A stretch of DNA of 64,000 nt, taken from the NCBI GenBank assembly GCA_024137785.1, contig JAHRHZ010000002.1, positions 10,953,263-11,017,262 on the forward strand, in the 5' to 3' direction. Numbering within the stretch: the first letter of the stretch is position 1; each line of letters begins with the position of its first letter. Below are positions 36,601 through 49,267 of the stretch, in pieces. Origin of the DNA: Ginglymostoma cirratum (lineage: Eukaryota). The notes below the pieces were generated by a model that made no database searches, had not been told where the DNA came from, and saw only the letters and a program-made list of their open reading frames with translations. The position numbers and the translations under genes were made by a program.

Positions 36601-37257
36601 GAGGAAATGCCAGAAGCACTCAAATGTGCCGGATGATTTCTTCAGCGGCATCAGCTGCTCCTGCTTCAGGGCGTCTATCTGAAATTTTAAACAAACTGCT
36701 TCTCCCTCCCAGTGGGGGGACACTTGAGTGGTTAAAGTCATTCGGCCTCAGAACTGCAGGTAAACGTCCTCCCAGGCGCACTTCGGGATAAACAACAAAG
36801 CAGAGTCACCAAGCAGAGGCTGACAGCCAAGTTCGGTTCTCATGAGGATGGCCTCAACCGGGATCTTGTGTTCATGTCTCACTACAGGCGACCCCACCAC
36901 ACGAAACACTCTCACTCACACACTCTCATACAAACACTCTCTCACACACTCATATACGCACACAAATACACTCAAACACATATGCTCACTACTCACATGG
37001 GCGCTCTTTCATACACACACTCTCCCTCAAACTCAATTGGCACACACTCTCAGCCAAACACACACACACACACACAAGCTTTCTCTCTCCCTCGCACGCA
37101 GAAAAACGAACGCACACAAATATATAAATCTATGGGGTGAATTTGCAGATTTGTAATTGCAGATGTTTTCTATTTTGTTCAGAAAGCACACAATTTGTAG
37201 ATAGTCAATGTGGCATTTTATAAATCGCTACTTTGGAAATAAATCAAGTCTGATTTC
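33325..37257 (+). repeat. Segmental duplication paralogous to about 1-6965
   Basis: Same order of CR1 relic, unique spacer, SINE, exon 5, 3' flank, LINE relic and CA-rich tract; copy-specific indels. Confidence 0.9.
34605..34707 (+). CDS. Exon 5: terminal cytoplasmic exon with tyrosine motif
   Basis: ccttcttacaatttag| acceptor, phase 2. Encodes (R)KQRTVTIYSNTNYSSEDSDSEPPTSDSVVNRAL*. The five exons total 690 nt = 229 aa + stop. Acceptor is conserved in the paralogous copy at 1231. Confidence 0.6.
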
Positions 37258-40200
37258 AAATTGATGCACAGCCAGATTCCAAACAAGGCCTCACAGCTAA
37301 AATGCATTGTCTGACCTGGGATGTCACCTCTGGTATACTGAGGGAACTGCTAAAACCTTTGGTGATCTTGGGCAGTGACTTGAAAGAAATACGGAAATTT
37401 GCACATTAATATTCTCTAACTGATTAAAGATTTAAGTGCCATTTTTTGGTTTGTTCAACACCACATCAGTTCTTTGACTCTTTGTTCTTAAAATTATAAA
37501 TTTTGTGTCCGATGCAACCTGTCTCGCTGGCACCTGAAGGAGTGAGATTCCGAAAGCTTGTGTCTTCAAATAAACCTGTTGGACTATAACCTGATGTCGT
37601 GTGATTTTTTGACCTTGTCTTTTCCGTTGATGCTAATCCAACCTGTACAACATTCTCAGCATTTCCTGTTTTGTTTCCGGATTTCAGCATTTGTGTTTTA
37701 CGAGCAGATAAACAGGCAAATGGAACATATGAACTGGAAGCAAATGGAGGCCACTGGGTCCCTCCAGTCCTGCTCCCCCATTCAATATGTTCATGCATTT
37801 GATTACTTCACACGCTCACCTATCCCTGATGGACTTCCACCCACGTGCTAATCATAAATCTTTCTGCCTCCGCCTTGAAAGACCTTCAAACTCTCTGCCT
37901 CCGCCATCTTTTGAGGATGATAGTTCGAGATACTAATTAAACCCTACAAGAGAAAAAAAAAACTCATCTCCATCTTAAATGGTGAGCCTTCTTTCTTTTA
38001 GAAAAAACCGCACAATGATGCATTATGCTTGGTTCTATCACAAGCGGTAACATTGTCTCTAAATCCATCCTGTACATATTCATTTCACGTAAACTATCTC
38101 TTACACTTCTAAACTCCAGCGGATATAAAACAAGCTTGCCCTATCTTTCCTCATGATACAATCTGCTGATTCCAGACGAGTAAATATTTTCTGAATGGCT
38201 TTTATGCATTTACATTCTTCTTCAAACAAGGACAGCAATAGGATACACCTTTCTCCAAGAAAGATTTCACCAGTGTCCTGCAGAAATTATTACTTTTATA
38301 TTCGATTCCTCTGACAATAAACAATAGCATTAAATTAGCTTTCCAATTAGTTGCTGCACCTGCATACTTTCTTTCTTTCGATTCATGCACTGGGATACGC
38401 AAACCACTCGATAATTCAGAACTTAGCGTGCGTAATAGAAAACAATACATTGCAGCCATGAAGAAAGAATAAAAATAAATGTTCAATGTTAGGCAGTTAA
38501 GCCAGATCTACCAAATAGACGACGAGAAAGTATTAAGCAATTTCTTCCATTACATCACATCCTGGGTCACGGCTGTTTTCACATAAAAGATGAGCGGTCA
38601 TTTTCTCTGCACGCTTTCATGTTCTAGTCGAATGCACCGGTCATCAGACAGAAATAGCTCTGAGTATAAATATCTAGGCAGCGATTCTGCATTCTGGCAA
38701 CAACGTTTTCAATGCATTTTATTTATCTGATTATGTCCGAATATATTGTCCATTGTTAGTTGCTAGCAGGACCCCATGCAAAATAACCATTGGGAATTTC
38801 ATTCATTTTGTAACGTAGCATTTAAAATTCCAGACGGTCCTTGCTGTGAACGCAAGCTAATGTGTTTATCTGATTCCCATCGCTATTGTGTTTAAATTCG
38901 AATTTCGGCATCGTTACAGCAAACTCTTGTTTCCCTTCGTAATAAGCAATAAGAGGAAGGTCAATCACTGAAGGAGTCAAGAGCATTTTTGTGTAGTCAC
39001 ATGTTATAAGTATTATTCAAACGTATTGTGGAGGGCTTGCTTATCATGATCACACCGAGTGAAAAATTGTTCTTTAGATAATTTCAGAATCTAGTGGTAT
39101 GATGCAAATTTTCTCTCTGGCCTAGGCATCATAAGCATGTATGGAATACATGGTCCAGTATCTCTAATTCACAACATTATGCAACACGACATTTCATATA
39201 ATTACATGTTCTTTTTTTCTTTATTCATTCACGGGATGAGGGCGTCCTGGATAGACAGCATTTATCACCCATCCCTGATTGCCCAGAGGACAGCTGAGAG
39301 TCAACCACATTGCTGTGGGTCTGGAGTCATATGTAGCTGCACCAGGTAAGCTGCACCAACTACTTGTAAATATTTATGACGTAAATTATCATTTCAAGTT
39401 AGATAAGGTAGGTATTGATTGAAAATGAAACCTATCTCGGCAGTAAAGTTGCCATCGTACAGTGACCACGTGTAAAGTAAGTAACTGGATTATAGCACAA
39501 ACAATTAATCTTTACTTACACTACTAACTATGTGAAATGCGGAAATAACATTGCCCCACTTCTATGTTTTATGCTCACTTTTGTTTTGTTCATTTATACA
39601 TTGGCTTGGAGGTTTTATGCTGTCAGAAACACGCAGCAATGGTTACACTCCAATTCATCGTATGCACCAGTTAATCCAAAGTTGGTTAGAAGCAAAAATA
39701 TTGCGATGGCAGAAAATGATGCGGAGCAAGCTAATTGACTACGCATTTTAGGATAGGGGGAAAAACCCGATTTGGAATAAATATGGTGTCGTTTTAAGAA
39801 TAAATTTAACACTAGAAAGTCAAGAATACACTCTTGGTCAGAAGGAGAGAACCTGACTAGTCATGTGTCAACACAAACTTGACACAAGTGAAATGTTTTC
39901 TTTATGTCAATTGACCAGGCCAAGCATCCTGGTACTCTACACCCTAACATTTTCATCCTTTAAAAGTAAGTTCCATTCTGGATGTGATTCAATTGGTCAA
40001 ACTACCAGATTTGAAGGAAAATACACTTCAATCATACAACAAATGTATTTTAACAATAGTTAAAATACAACAAAAGAAAGAAGAAATTGGAATAACCTAA
40101 CTCGATTGGAAAACTTAACAGAATAATAGATCATTCAACTAATAAACAGTAACTTCGAAAATAATAACATTCCACAAACATATCCTTGACAAAAGACAAA

Positions 40201-41689
40201 TTCAATATAACAGATTATCTCACATGCAATTCTAGCAGCAGTAGGAAAAATATTAAGAGAATACTCTGAGATAGAGAGAGTAGCAGGGAGAGATGTACTG
40301 CAGCTTTCATCCAGCTTCAAGACCCTAGTAACTGCAAATGAAAAAAATTAAAACTAAAAATCCTGATTCTGTGGGAGCTTGCTCCACTCATTCAGGCTGC
40401 TTCTATTGTTTTTATTTTAAATAAAACTCAACGCCTCATCACCTGTTTACTTTATTGAATCTAAAGAGACAGCTCTGTGCCTCTGTCCTAAAACCTCTCT
40501 TCAAAATGACAAAACAGCGACCAAATGCATTTTTAAAGCCAAAGTGTCATTACAAGTTAAAGGTAGCCAATACGTCACAAAACAAAGGCAAATGCCACAA
40601 TTAATTGCGGGTTACTCGAGGAAATAAGGCAAATGTTATTTGTTCATCAGGAGTAGATAAATACTTTTATTTTTTTTTCTTGTGGTTTGACGTCAATGCT
40701 GCCCAGCCCAGAATTTTTTGCTCATCTTAATTTTATTTCAGAAGGTGGCCATGGCCAACTTTCTGGAAAAGTTGCACTTCATGGGATGTAATAGCAATCA
40801 TAGCAACATTTGGAAGGAAGTTCAGTATTTTGGGACATCAACGGTGAAAGAACAGTGGTATGGTTTGATGTGAAGATGTTGTGTTACTCAAAATTGAACC
40901 TGCAATTGGTGTTGTTAATGTATGTTCTGGTAGCGATCATCTTGAAGATGCAGTTGAAAGAGGTGCTCTTACTGGATGCACTGCATTTTGTAAATAGGGC
41001 ACACAGTATGGTGGAGAGAGTGAATACTCAATTGTGTGGTTAGAATGCCAAACCTGCGAGCAGTTTGCCTTGGAAATGTCCAGTTTGTTGAGTCGCACAC
41101 ATCCAGAAAAGCGGATATTAATCCATTGCACTCCTGACTTCAACTGAAATGGTGGACAGACGTCTCGAAATCAGGAAATGAACATTTTAAAAAAAAATTT
41201 TGTGGGACGTGGGAGTCACTAGCTAGTCCATAAGTGGCAGAATTCCCAGTCTTGACGTGCTCCAGCAGCTGCAGTATTAAGATCATAAATCAGTTCACTT
41301 TCTGACCAGGGTAATCCCCTGCCATTGCCCTGCATTAGGTGACACGAATGCCGCCTATCAGTCCAGTCTTGAATGTTTCTTAGGTCTTGTTGCGTTTGGA
41401 AAGAAGCTGCTTTTGTATCTGAGGATATGTGAATGGCTTTGAACATTGATCAATGATGAGTGAAGACCCGCATTTCTGACCATACGATGGTGGGAATGTC
41501 ATTGATTAAGCATTTGAGTGTAGTTCTATTCATCGAAGAACACTATACTGTAGTACAGTGATTAGCCACTCGGTTTCAGGAACATGAAAACTTCTACCAA
41601 AATGTTTTTATTTTGATTTTACACAAGATATCTCTCCAGTCTCAATAGAAATTTCGTGTCGAGGTCTGTTATCTTCATGTCTTCATTAG

Positions 41690-42270
41690 CAGATGTAAAG
41701 TGTTTAAGAACTGGGAGGTTATACTGAAACTGTGTAGAATGTGGTTTATGCCACAGCTAAAGTATTGTGTGTCGTTCTGGAATTCACATTATAGGAGGGA
41801 TGTGATTGCCCTGCGGAGGGTACATACGAGATGCACAAGGATGTTGCCTGGCTAGAGAGTTTAAGTTCTGAACAGAGATTGGTCGGACTGAAGTTGTTTT
41901 CTTTAGAGTAAATGAGATTTAGAGGGCGCGATGGACTTGTATAAAATTATGAGGGAAGTAGGAAGGGTAGATGGGAAGAAACGTTTGCCCTGATGGAGGG
42001 GCCAAAAACCAGGGAGTAAAAATATAAGGTAAGGGTGAGAGGTTGAGAAGAGACGCAAGGAAAAACTTCTTCATACAGAGAGTGGTCAGAACATGGAACT
42101 CATTGCTTGAAAGGATTGTAGAGGCAGAAACCCTCATGGCATTTATCACTTCTGATGTTAAGGTTATAGCGAAAATGCTCGAAAATTAGAATTGTTCAGA
42201 GATTGTTTCTCAATGGCAGTCTTGATGGCCAAAAGGCCTTTTTCTGTGCTTAGAACTGTATGAATCTACA
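41690..42270 (+). mobile_element. CR1-like LINE 3' fragment
   Basis: aggatgttgcctgg, ttcttcatacagagagtggtcagaacatggaactc, CR1-type tail. Confidence 0.8.
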
Positions 42271-43339
42271 CATTTTAAAGGTTTAGAAACTGTTTGGAGG
42301 GAGGCTTTGAGATTGATTCTTAACATCAAAAATATCAGTAAACCAGTGAGTGGGTTTTATTTCCCCAGTTTTTTGAGGAAAAAATAGATTTATTGGAAAA
42401 TTTCACCACCATTTATCTTTAAATGGAGAGATTAAATTGCGTTTAAGTGGATGGTTCTACCTATCAGGTTAGGAAGAAAAAAGGCGACATTTTCTGTTTA
42501 CGTGAGAACACAAATAGCACCTGTGTTCAAAGTTTCTACTTTCCTCTGGAATAGTACACCTTTGACACTGCTCGGTGGCTCATTCAATGTTTCACTGAAC
42601 TATTTCATGAATTGGCAGGACTTAAATGGTTATAAGGTCAAATGCAGGCAAATGGGACTAGATTAATTTAAGTTATCCTGTCGGCATGGATGAGTTGCAC
42701 TGAAGAGGCTGGTTCCGTGGTGAACAGTTCGATGACTTTATGAGGGGGGCTTTGTTTCAGGGCAGATATAAATGTCGTTTCAGGCTGGGGTAGAGGTTAT
42801 CTGAAACCAGAGGTCGATTTGTTTTAATAGCAATGGGGGTTAAAATAATTTGATCCACTATTTTTGACATTTTCCAGATATTTCATTTTCCATGAAGCAG
42901 TTGAATTTGTAATTACTTTTATCACCTGTGCTACTTATTCAATTATCTCGGGTGGGCAGGTATGAGTTAGGACGCATGAGGAACCGTGGCTGCAGGGTTT
43001 TGTAGTCAATGTGAATCAATAGAAAACTGAGGAGTGTCGAATCTGAAATTATCAGTAGCGTGATAGCACCCAGGCTTCAACTGTAAGAAGAATTTTGGAA
43101 GATCCAAAATATTTACCTAAGATGGAAAGAATTTAACTGCATTAAAAATTGATAACTAATTATATGTAATATATATCATACAAGATGTTTGCATATATAT
43201 TGCTTATATTTCAATATAATACCAGGTATGACGAAGTAGTTCACAATCTGATCAAGACAACGTTCTAGTCAACAATTGCTCATATTTCTCTTTTTTTTTA
43301 AACAAAATTTTTAATCCAAGATATTTTCTGATTCACAAG

Positions 43340-43674
43340 GACAACCATTTGGGAACATCACAGTGATCCGGTGCCCACCCTCGATTATTACAAGTGAAGG
43401 TGTAACTGTACTTCTTCGCTGTATGTGCAATGGGCCAATATAGATAGGTGCATACAAGTGGCACCTCAATGTCATAGGGGACACTGAAGTGTCCAACAAA
43501 ACAGCACAATACAGAGGGTATGTGTCCTTTCCAGACAGGAAGACCTTCCTGTTGACAAAAGATGCATTGTTAAAAATTGCTGACACCAAAATAAGTGATT
43601 CTGAGATCTATTATTGTGAAATGGAGTACACGACTTATGGAACAAAATATGGGGCAAGAGCAAATCGTATCTGA
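43340..43674 (+). pseudogene. Pseudo-exon: VJ-type Ig V domain, NCR3-like
   Basis: GNITVIRCPPSIITSEGVTVLLRCMCNGPI*IGAYKWHLNVIGDTEVSNKTAQYRGYVSFPDRKTFLLTKDALLKIADTKISDSEIYYCEMEYTTYGTKYGARANRI*. In-frame TAG at 43441, degraded GxGT motif, no donor site. Shares TAQYRG with the exon at 27784. Confidence 0.85.
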
Positions 43675-44329
43675 CAAATGATTTTTTTTTTACTAGGCTA
43701 ACAAACAATTCCTAGGTGAATCATAAAAACATGCAACTTGGAACAAAGTCTTTTTTTCATCAATGGAATTTTAGAGTTTTAAAAACTCAAAGCTGCTTCT
43801 TATGCCAAGATGTTCAATGCAGGATGACCTGACAGTACAAGAAAGAATAACAAAGGACAGGTTAAGTTAAGTAATAGTTGATCGACTGATTAAAAGTTTG
43901 GAGAATGATAGTTTATAGTTTGTACAGGAGGAAGTAGGACTGAGGGCAGCAAGCAGATTTACATTTTTGCATTAGATGCAAATTAGATGAGGGCACCTCA
44001 TAGCGGAAATTTGTAATATCTTTGAAGATATTACAAATGGGGTTACTAGATGGAGCGCCTTTATACTCAATGTCTGGTATTCAGATCCATTACGTTACAA
44101 TTAGCTATCAGACACTGACTAGAACTAGCGGTCAGTTCAAAACTATCAGGCTCATGCCACTTTCTTCGATCACTTTCAATACAGGAAATATCCAAATCCG
44201 ATCAGCAGAACTACTTGCAGAATGAGGAAATGAGAGGAAGAAGTGAATAAGAATGGCAGTCAAGATCGAACGTGAAACAAATGCAAGCAACGTTGGGAAA
44301 TTGCCCAGTTGTGTAACATATAGACAGAA

Positions 44330-44980
44330 TGGTTAAAAGGCATTTAGCATGCTTGCCGTCATAGCTCAGTCCTTTGAGTGTAGGCGTTTGGAAGTCATGT
44401 TGAGGTTGTTCAGGATATTGGTGAGACCCCTTCTGGAGTACTGTATCCAGTCTGATCGTCCTGTATAGGACGGGTATTGTTAAGCAAGATAGGGTTCAGA
44501 AGAGATTTACCAGGATGTTGCCGGGTATGGAAGGTTTGAGTTATAAGGAAAGTTTGGATATGCTCGGACTTCTTTAGCTGAAAATGGGAGGTTGAGATTT
44601 GACCTTGTAGAGTTTCATAAAATCACGAAGGGAAAAGATAGGGTTAACAGTTGGTGTATTTTCCCTAGAACAGAGGATTTCAAGACATGGGGACACATTT
44701 TTAAGGTGAGAGATGAGAAACTTTAAATAAAAGACATGAGGCAGCGTTTTCTTTACCCATTGAGGGTACTCACGTGTGGAATGAACTTCCTGAGGATGTG
44801 GCAGATGCAGGCACAGTTGCAGCATTTAAAAGGTATTTAGATATGTATATGCATAGGAAATGTTTGGATGGATATGGGCCAGGAGCGGGCAAGTGGGACT
44901 AGTTTAGTTTGGGACTATGGTCGAGATGGGCTCGTTGGATCGAAGGGCTTGTTACTGCGCTGTATAACTCTATGACTCTA
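44330..44980 (+). mobile_element. CR1-like LINE 3' fragment
   Basis: gttcagaagagatttaccaggatgttgccggg; terminal actctatgactctat repeat. Confidence 0.85.
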
Positions 44981-44999
44981 TATGCCTTCTCATTCACTT

Positions 45000-46240
45000 T
45001 ATACACCTATCATGATGTCTTAAGGGACAGTTGTGCATGCACATCAAGGTCCTTCTGATCCTCGATGCTAACCAGAGACCTACCATTCATCAGGCATTCC
45101 CTTGCCTTAATTGTCCTTCCCAAGTGCATCACGTTATATTTGAACGTCATTTGCCGCTGATCAGCCTGATTGACGACCCCGCTTATATTTTCTATATCTA
45201 ACTCTATCCTCCTCACTGTTTTCCACTCCTGGCAATTACTCGTATGATCCCTTCCACGCTCAGTCAAAACCATTGATACAAACCACAAACAGCAAGTATC
45301 CTAACCCTAACCGCCGAGGAATCTGACTGGACACAAACACGCAGTTGGATTCTACGCTCTATTGGTCTCCCATATGGGATCTCATCAAAAGTATTGCCCT
45401 CTTCTACACAAAAATTCGGTTAGGTTTGTCAGACATGACTTCACCTTAACAAAACGGTGCTGAGTGTTCTTGATTAACACCTGCCTCTCCAAACGCAGGC
45501 TAATATTGCCCGAGATAACATGATGTAGAGCTGGATGAACACAGCAGGCCAAGCAGCATCAGAGGAGCAGGAAGGCTGACGTTTCGGGCCTATACCCTTC
45601 TTCAGAAATAATGCCCCTTGGAATTGGTTCCAATGTTCTTCCCACCAGTGAGGTAAGTCTGGACGGCCTGTGGTGGCCTGTAGTTTCCTGGTTTATCCTT
45701 TACTCCGTTCTTGAATAATGGTACAGCATTAGCTGTCCTCCAAAAACTCTCCATTGGCCAGTGAAGAAATAAAATTCTTTTTCAAGCATTCCTGTTATTT
45801 CCTCCCTTGCCTCACTCAACAACCCACGATACATTTTATCCGGCTGTGGAGGTTTATCTACTTTTAATCCAGCCAGATCATCAAAGCCTCGTCAGTGTCT
45901 GTGCTAGCATCTTTAACTGTATCATACACCTTCCCTCTGATTTCTCGGCCTATATCATCCCTCTTACTCGTAAACGCCGATCTAAAATATTCATTTAGAA
46001 CCGGACGTACATCCTCTGGTTCCAAGCCCAAATTACCACTGTGGTCCTTGATGAACCTTACTGCTTTTTTCATTATCCTTTTACCCTTATAGTACCTGCA
46101 AACAATTGACGTTTTCCTTTATTTTACCTGCTAGTTATTCTTCATGTCCCCTTTTAGCTCCCCTCAGCTATGTCTTACGTTAACTCTCATATATTCCATA
46201 CTCGTCTGAGGTTTCTGCTGTTTTGAACCTTATCAGGAAA
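45000..46240 (-). mobile_element. CR1-like LINE internal fragments
   Basis: EDVRPVLNEYFRSAFT and YNVMHLGRT motifs on the - strand. Confidence 0.8.
45513..45608 (-). mobile_element. Short Penelope-derived cassette with hammerhead core, inserted in a CR1 relic
   Basis: - strand TTTCTGAAGA-A-GGGT-ATAG-GCCC-GAAACGTCAG; imperfect flanking repeat aata(t/a)tgccc. Confidence 0.7.
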
Positions 46241-49119
46241 CAAATGAGACGAGGGAAAAAATGACTTGCTAGCAAAGTCTGCGAACTGAAATAAAATGAG
46301 TCTAATTGACGAGGCGAAAGAAATAAACTAACCACAATGTTTACACGATTGGGCCTGAAAAAACTCACAATTCTTCTCGTCTAATGGAGTAGTTATTTTC
46401 AGTAGGAAAACCAGACAGTCTCTGCATAACATGATTCCCACAAGATCTAAAGTGCAAGTATTAAACGAGTCATTTCTTTTTTTCGTCTTCTTTTAGAGAA
46501 CTGCTACAACTTGTCAGGAAATCTCCCAAAGTAAGGGCTTCAGTTTAATGGATTAATATAAGGATGACACATACACATTGTTTATCTACAATCCCACGTA
46601 ACAATATGTTTCAGTTGTGATGTATGCCGACAACGGATAGTGTTACGCTGTGTGAATTAATTCCGAAAACTTATATTTCAAGTTTTAAGCCAATTTTCGT
46701 TTCTATGTAAATATATTTCATATTCACTGATCACAGAGTGAATAGAGCACGACAACTATAAAGAATATAATGATAATATAGGGATGTAATTTCCTTTCAT
46801 TTGTTTTAATCCTTCACCCACATCCCTTCAGAATAAGCCTATGCCACAAATATCCTTTTGACCATCATTGCAGTGATAATAGTTGGATTGATCCTCACAG
46901 CGATTTTGTTCAACCAATGCAACTGCCCCATCAAAGGTACGAACACTGAAATGAAAGAGCCCGAATTCGACATTCATATGTACACAGGGGAGCCCATGGA
47001 CTGATGCTATTATCATTAGACTCGTCCCTGTACCCAGGTAATGTTCTGGGGAACTCGGTTCCAATTCTAGCACGACAGATGGTGAAGTTCGAATTCTATA
47101 AAAAGTCTAGAATTAAGAGTCCACTGATGACCACAGTGACCTTTTATAGCTCTTATCCGGATCAGACTTACACGTGAGTCTAGGGCCACCGTAATGTGCT
47201 TGACTCTTGAACTCCCCTTTGAGCAGTACATGTTGGCTCAGCCAGCAACATCCACGTCCTGCGAATGAATTTAATCAAAACAAAGGTAATCATAAAATCA
47301 CACTCAGAATGCACACTTCACGAGACGGAAATCGACTTTTAGATATGTTTGTCCTTTTCAGAATGAAATTCAAGTTATATTTAAACTTTAATTTAATATT
47401 TCTTTCCCACTTCCATTTCAACGCTCAATTCATTGGAGAGTTCACCTCCAAAGCTGAGGTTGGCTAATAACATATCTGATTGCAAGAGATCCTTACAAAT
47501 ATTAATTTTAATTTCTTGCACTTCTTTTCTCTTTTTATTTCAGATGCACAGCCAAAATGTGAAGAAATTATTTTCACTGATGGGTGACCAATCCTTAAAG
47601 TCAAGTTTGCTTCATTTTAGTTTTTAGTATTAAAGGGGCTTGCTTTTGCTTTGCTGCACTGAGAGGTTTATTTCATTCAATTTGCCCCTATATTCTGTTT
47701 TCTCCGTTGGTAAAGGCTTAAAAAAGGATTGCTTCGTTAAGCTTGGAACTGAGACAGATTTTGGGGGAGACGGATTTTCTGATTTTCCCTGCCTCCGTTT
47801 CCATTGTGTACAGCTGTGAGATTCTGGGGACAGTTTTATTTTGTGTCTATGGTTGGCTTAGTCGTATGTCTTAGAATATGTACAGAATTAGCCAGTTCAG
47901 CCTTTTCTAAGGATCATTGTTAACAGTGCCCTAACTCCACCGAACTACCACGGTTCTGTAACAATCAAAGCCCTTCCCAAATGGAATGTGTCTCAGTTTT
48001 GTATCTTCCAACTCTGTTCTCTGAAGGAAGGTAATGCTTCGGATTTTCATTGGCCTTTGCATGAAGAAGTGCTTTTTGACAATTTCACTGAATTCTGTAA
48101 CTATAATTTCCAGATGGCTGTTCTCAGATGCCACTCTGAAGTCTCCCAGTAAAGGGTTTATTTTACCGTATGTGAGATCAGATTCTTCAATCGCATCGAT
48201 AACTCAATTAGATGAGTAGTTACTCAAGAGAAAGAGTGCCTAGACTGGAAAAACCGTTCCCATAACATAACCCAACTTGCTAGTGTCATTCCGCGATAGC
48301 TGCCTTGTGGCTCCTCCATGGTCGCCATATCCTTGCTGGCTGTGCTGTACAGAATGGACTTGAACCCAGAGCTCCGTAAGGCGTCGGATTGATGTTCGAG
48401 TTTCTGGGTTAGGAAGTGAAATAACCACGTTCTGACTGAGAAATAAAATGCCTAGAACTGGGCCACTGTGATCAGGTTAACGAAGTAGAGCTTTATAAAT
48501 ATTTAATAGTACTCAATCTCAAGATTTTTTTTGTCTGATCTGTAAACTGAGCCATTGCAGTTCGCTCAATCAGATAGAGTGCTAATGAAATATTCCAACG
48601 AATGATTCTAATGAATGATCTAATGTACATAATTTTATTGCGTTTTAAACGGGAGGATGGGTGGACCTACTGAGTTGTAGACCTGTTGGGGTCCACCGAA
48701 TCAACATCTGGAAGAACTCCAGTCAAACATTTTCACCCAATGTAAATGAAGGCGTTTCTGAGGAACGCTGAATTCGAAACTAGTACAAAGCTTCTGGCTG
48801 CAGAAGAACGAGCTGCAAGCACTCACGAGACGAGCCCTTCTTTGGAGCTACACAGTCAAAACTTTTGCATCCATGCCGACTCGTGGCTTTTTTGTTAAGC
48901 TGGTTTTTGGGTGCTAGAGGCCATGGTACAAACAAATAGCCTGTTGATTGGTCACTTCCCCGTCAAACCAGTTGTATTGCAATAGTCAATACGAACAGGG
49001 ATACTTTTAGTTCTGATGAAGGGTCACTGGACTCAAAAGTTTCACTGTAGTTTCTTTTCCACCGATGCAGCTAGACCTGCTGAGTTTCTCCAGCAATTTC
49101 TGGTTTTGTTTGACCCTGT

Positions 49120-49267
49120 TGAGAGGCTGCGCTTGCCGACGCATGCGTACTGTGCGCCGCGTAACTCGCGTGCGCCGATTCGGTGGGTGAACGCCTCGGT
49201 TTCGAACGATGTCACATGCGCGTGCGCAGAGAAGAAGCACGGTGGTTTGAAACGGTGTTCAGTGGAA
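49120..49267. promoter_or_regulatory. CpG-rich promoter-like patch with NRF1-like motifs
   Basis: Dense CpG in a CpG-poor window; acgcatgcgt and catgcgcgtgcgca; followed by |GTGAGA and a G-rich tract on the + strand. Confidence 0.55.

Larger units (their letters stand above)
43185..47587 (+). pseudogene. Disabled second NCR3-like VJ-type receptor gene
   Basis: Leader-like exon 43185-43225 (MFAYILLIFQY, |GTATGA donor, 1 nt off phase); V exon 43340-43674; candidate mini-exon 46497-46530; TM exon 46832/46838-46936 (AYATNILLTIIAVIIVGLILTAILFNQCNCPIK, G|GTACGA); candidate tail exon 47544-47587 (DAQPKCEEIIFTDG*). Confidence 0.7.
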
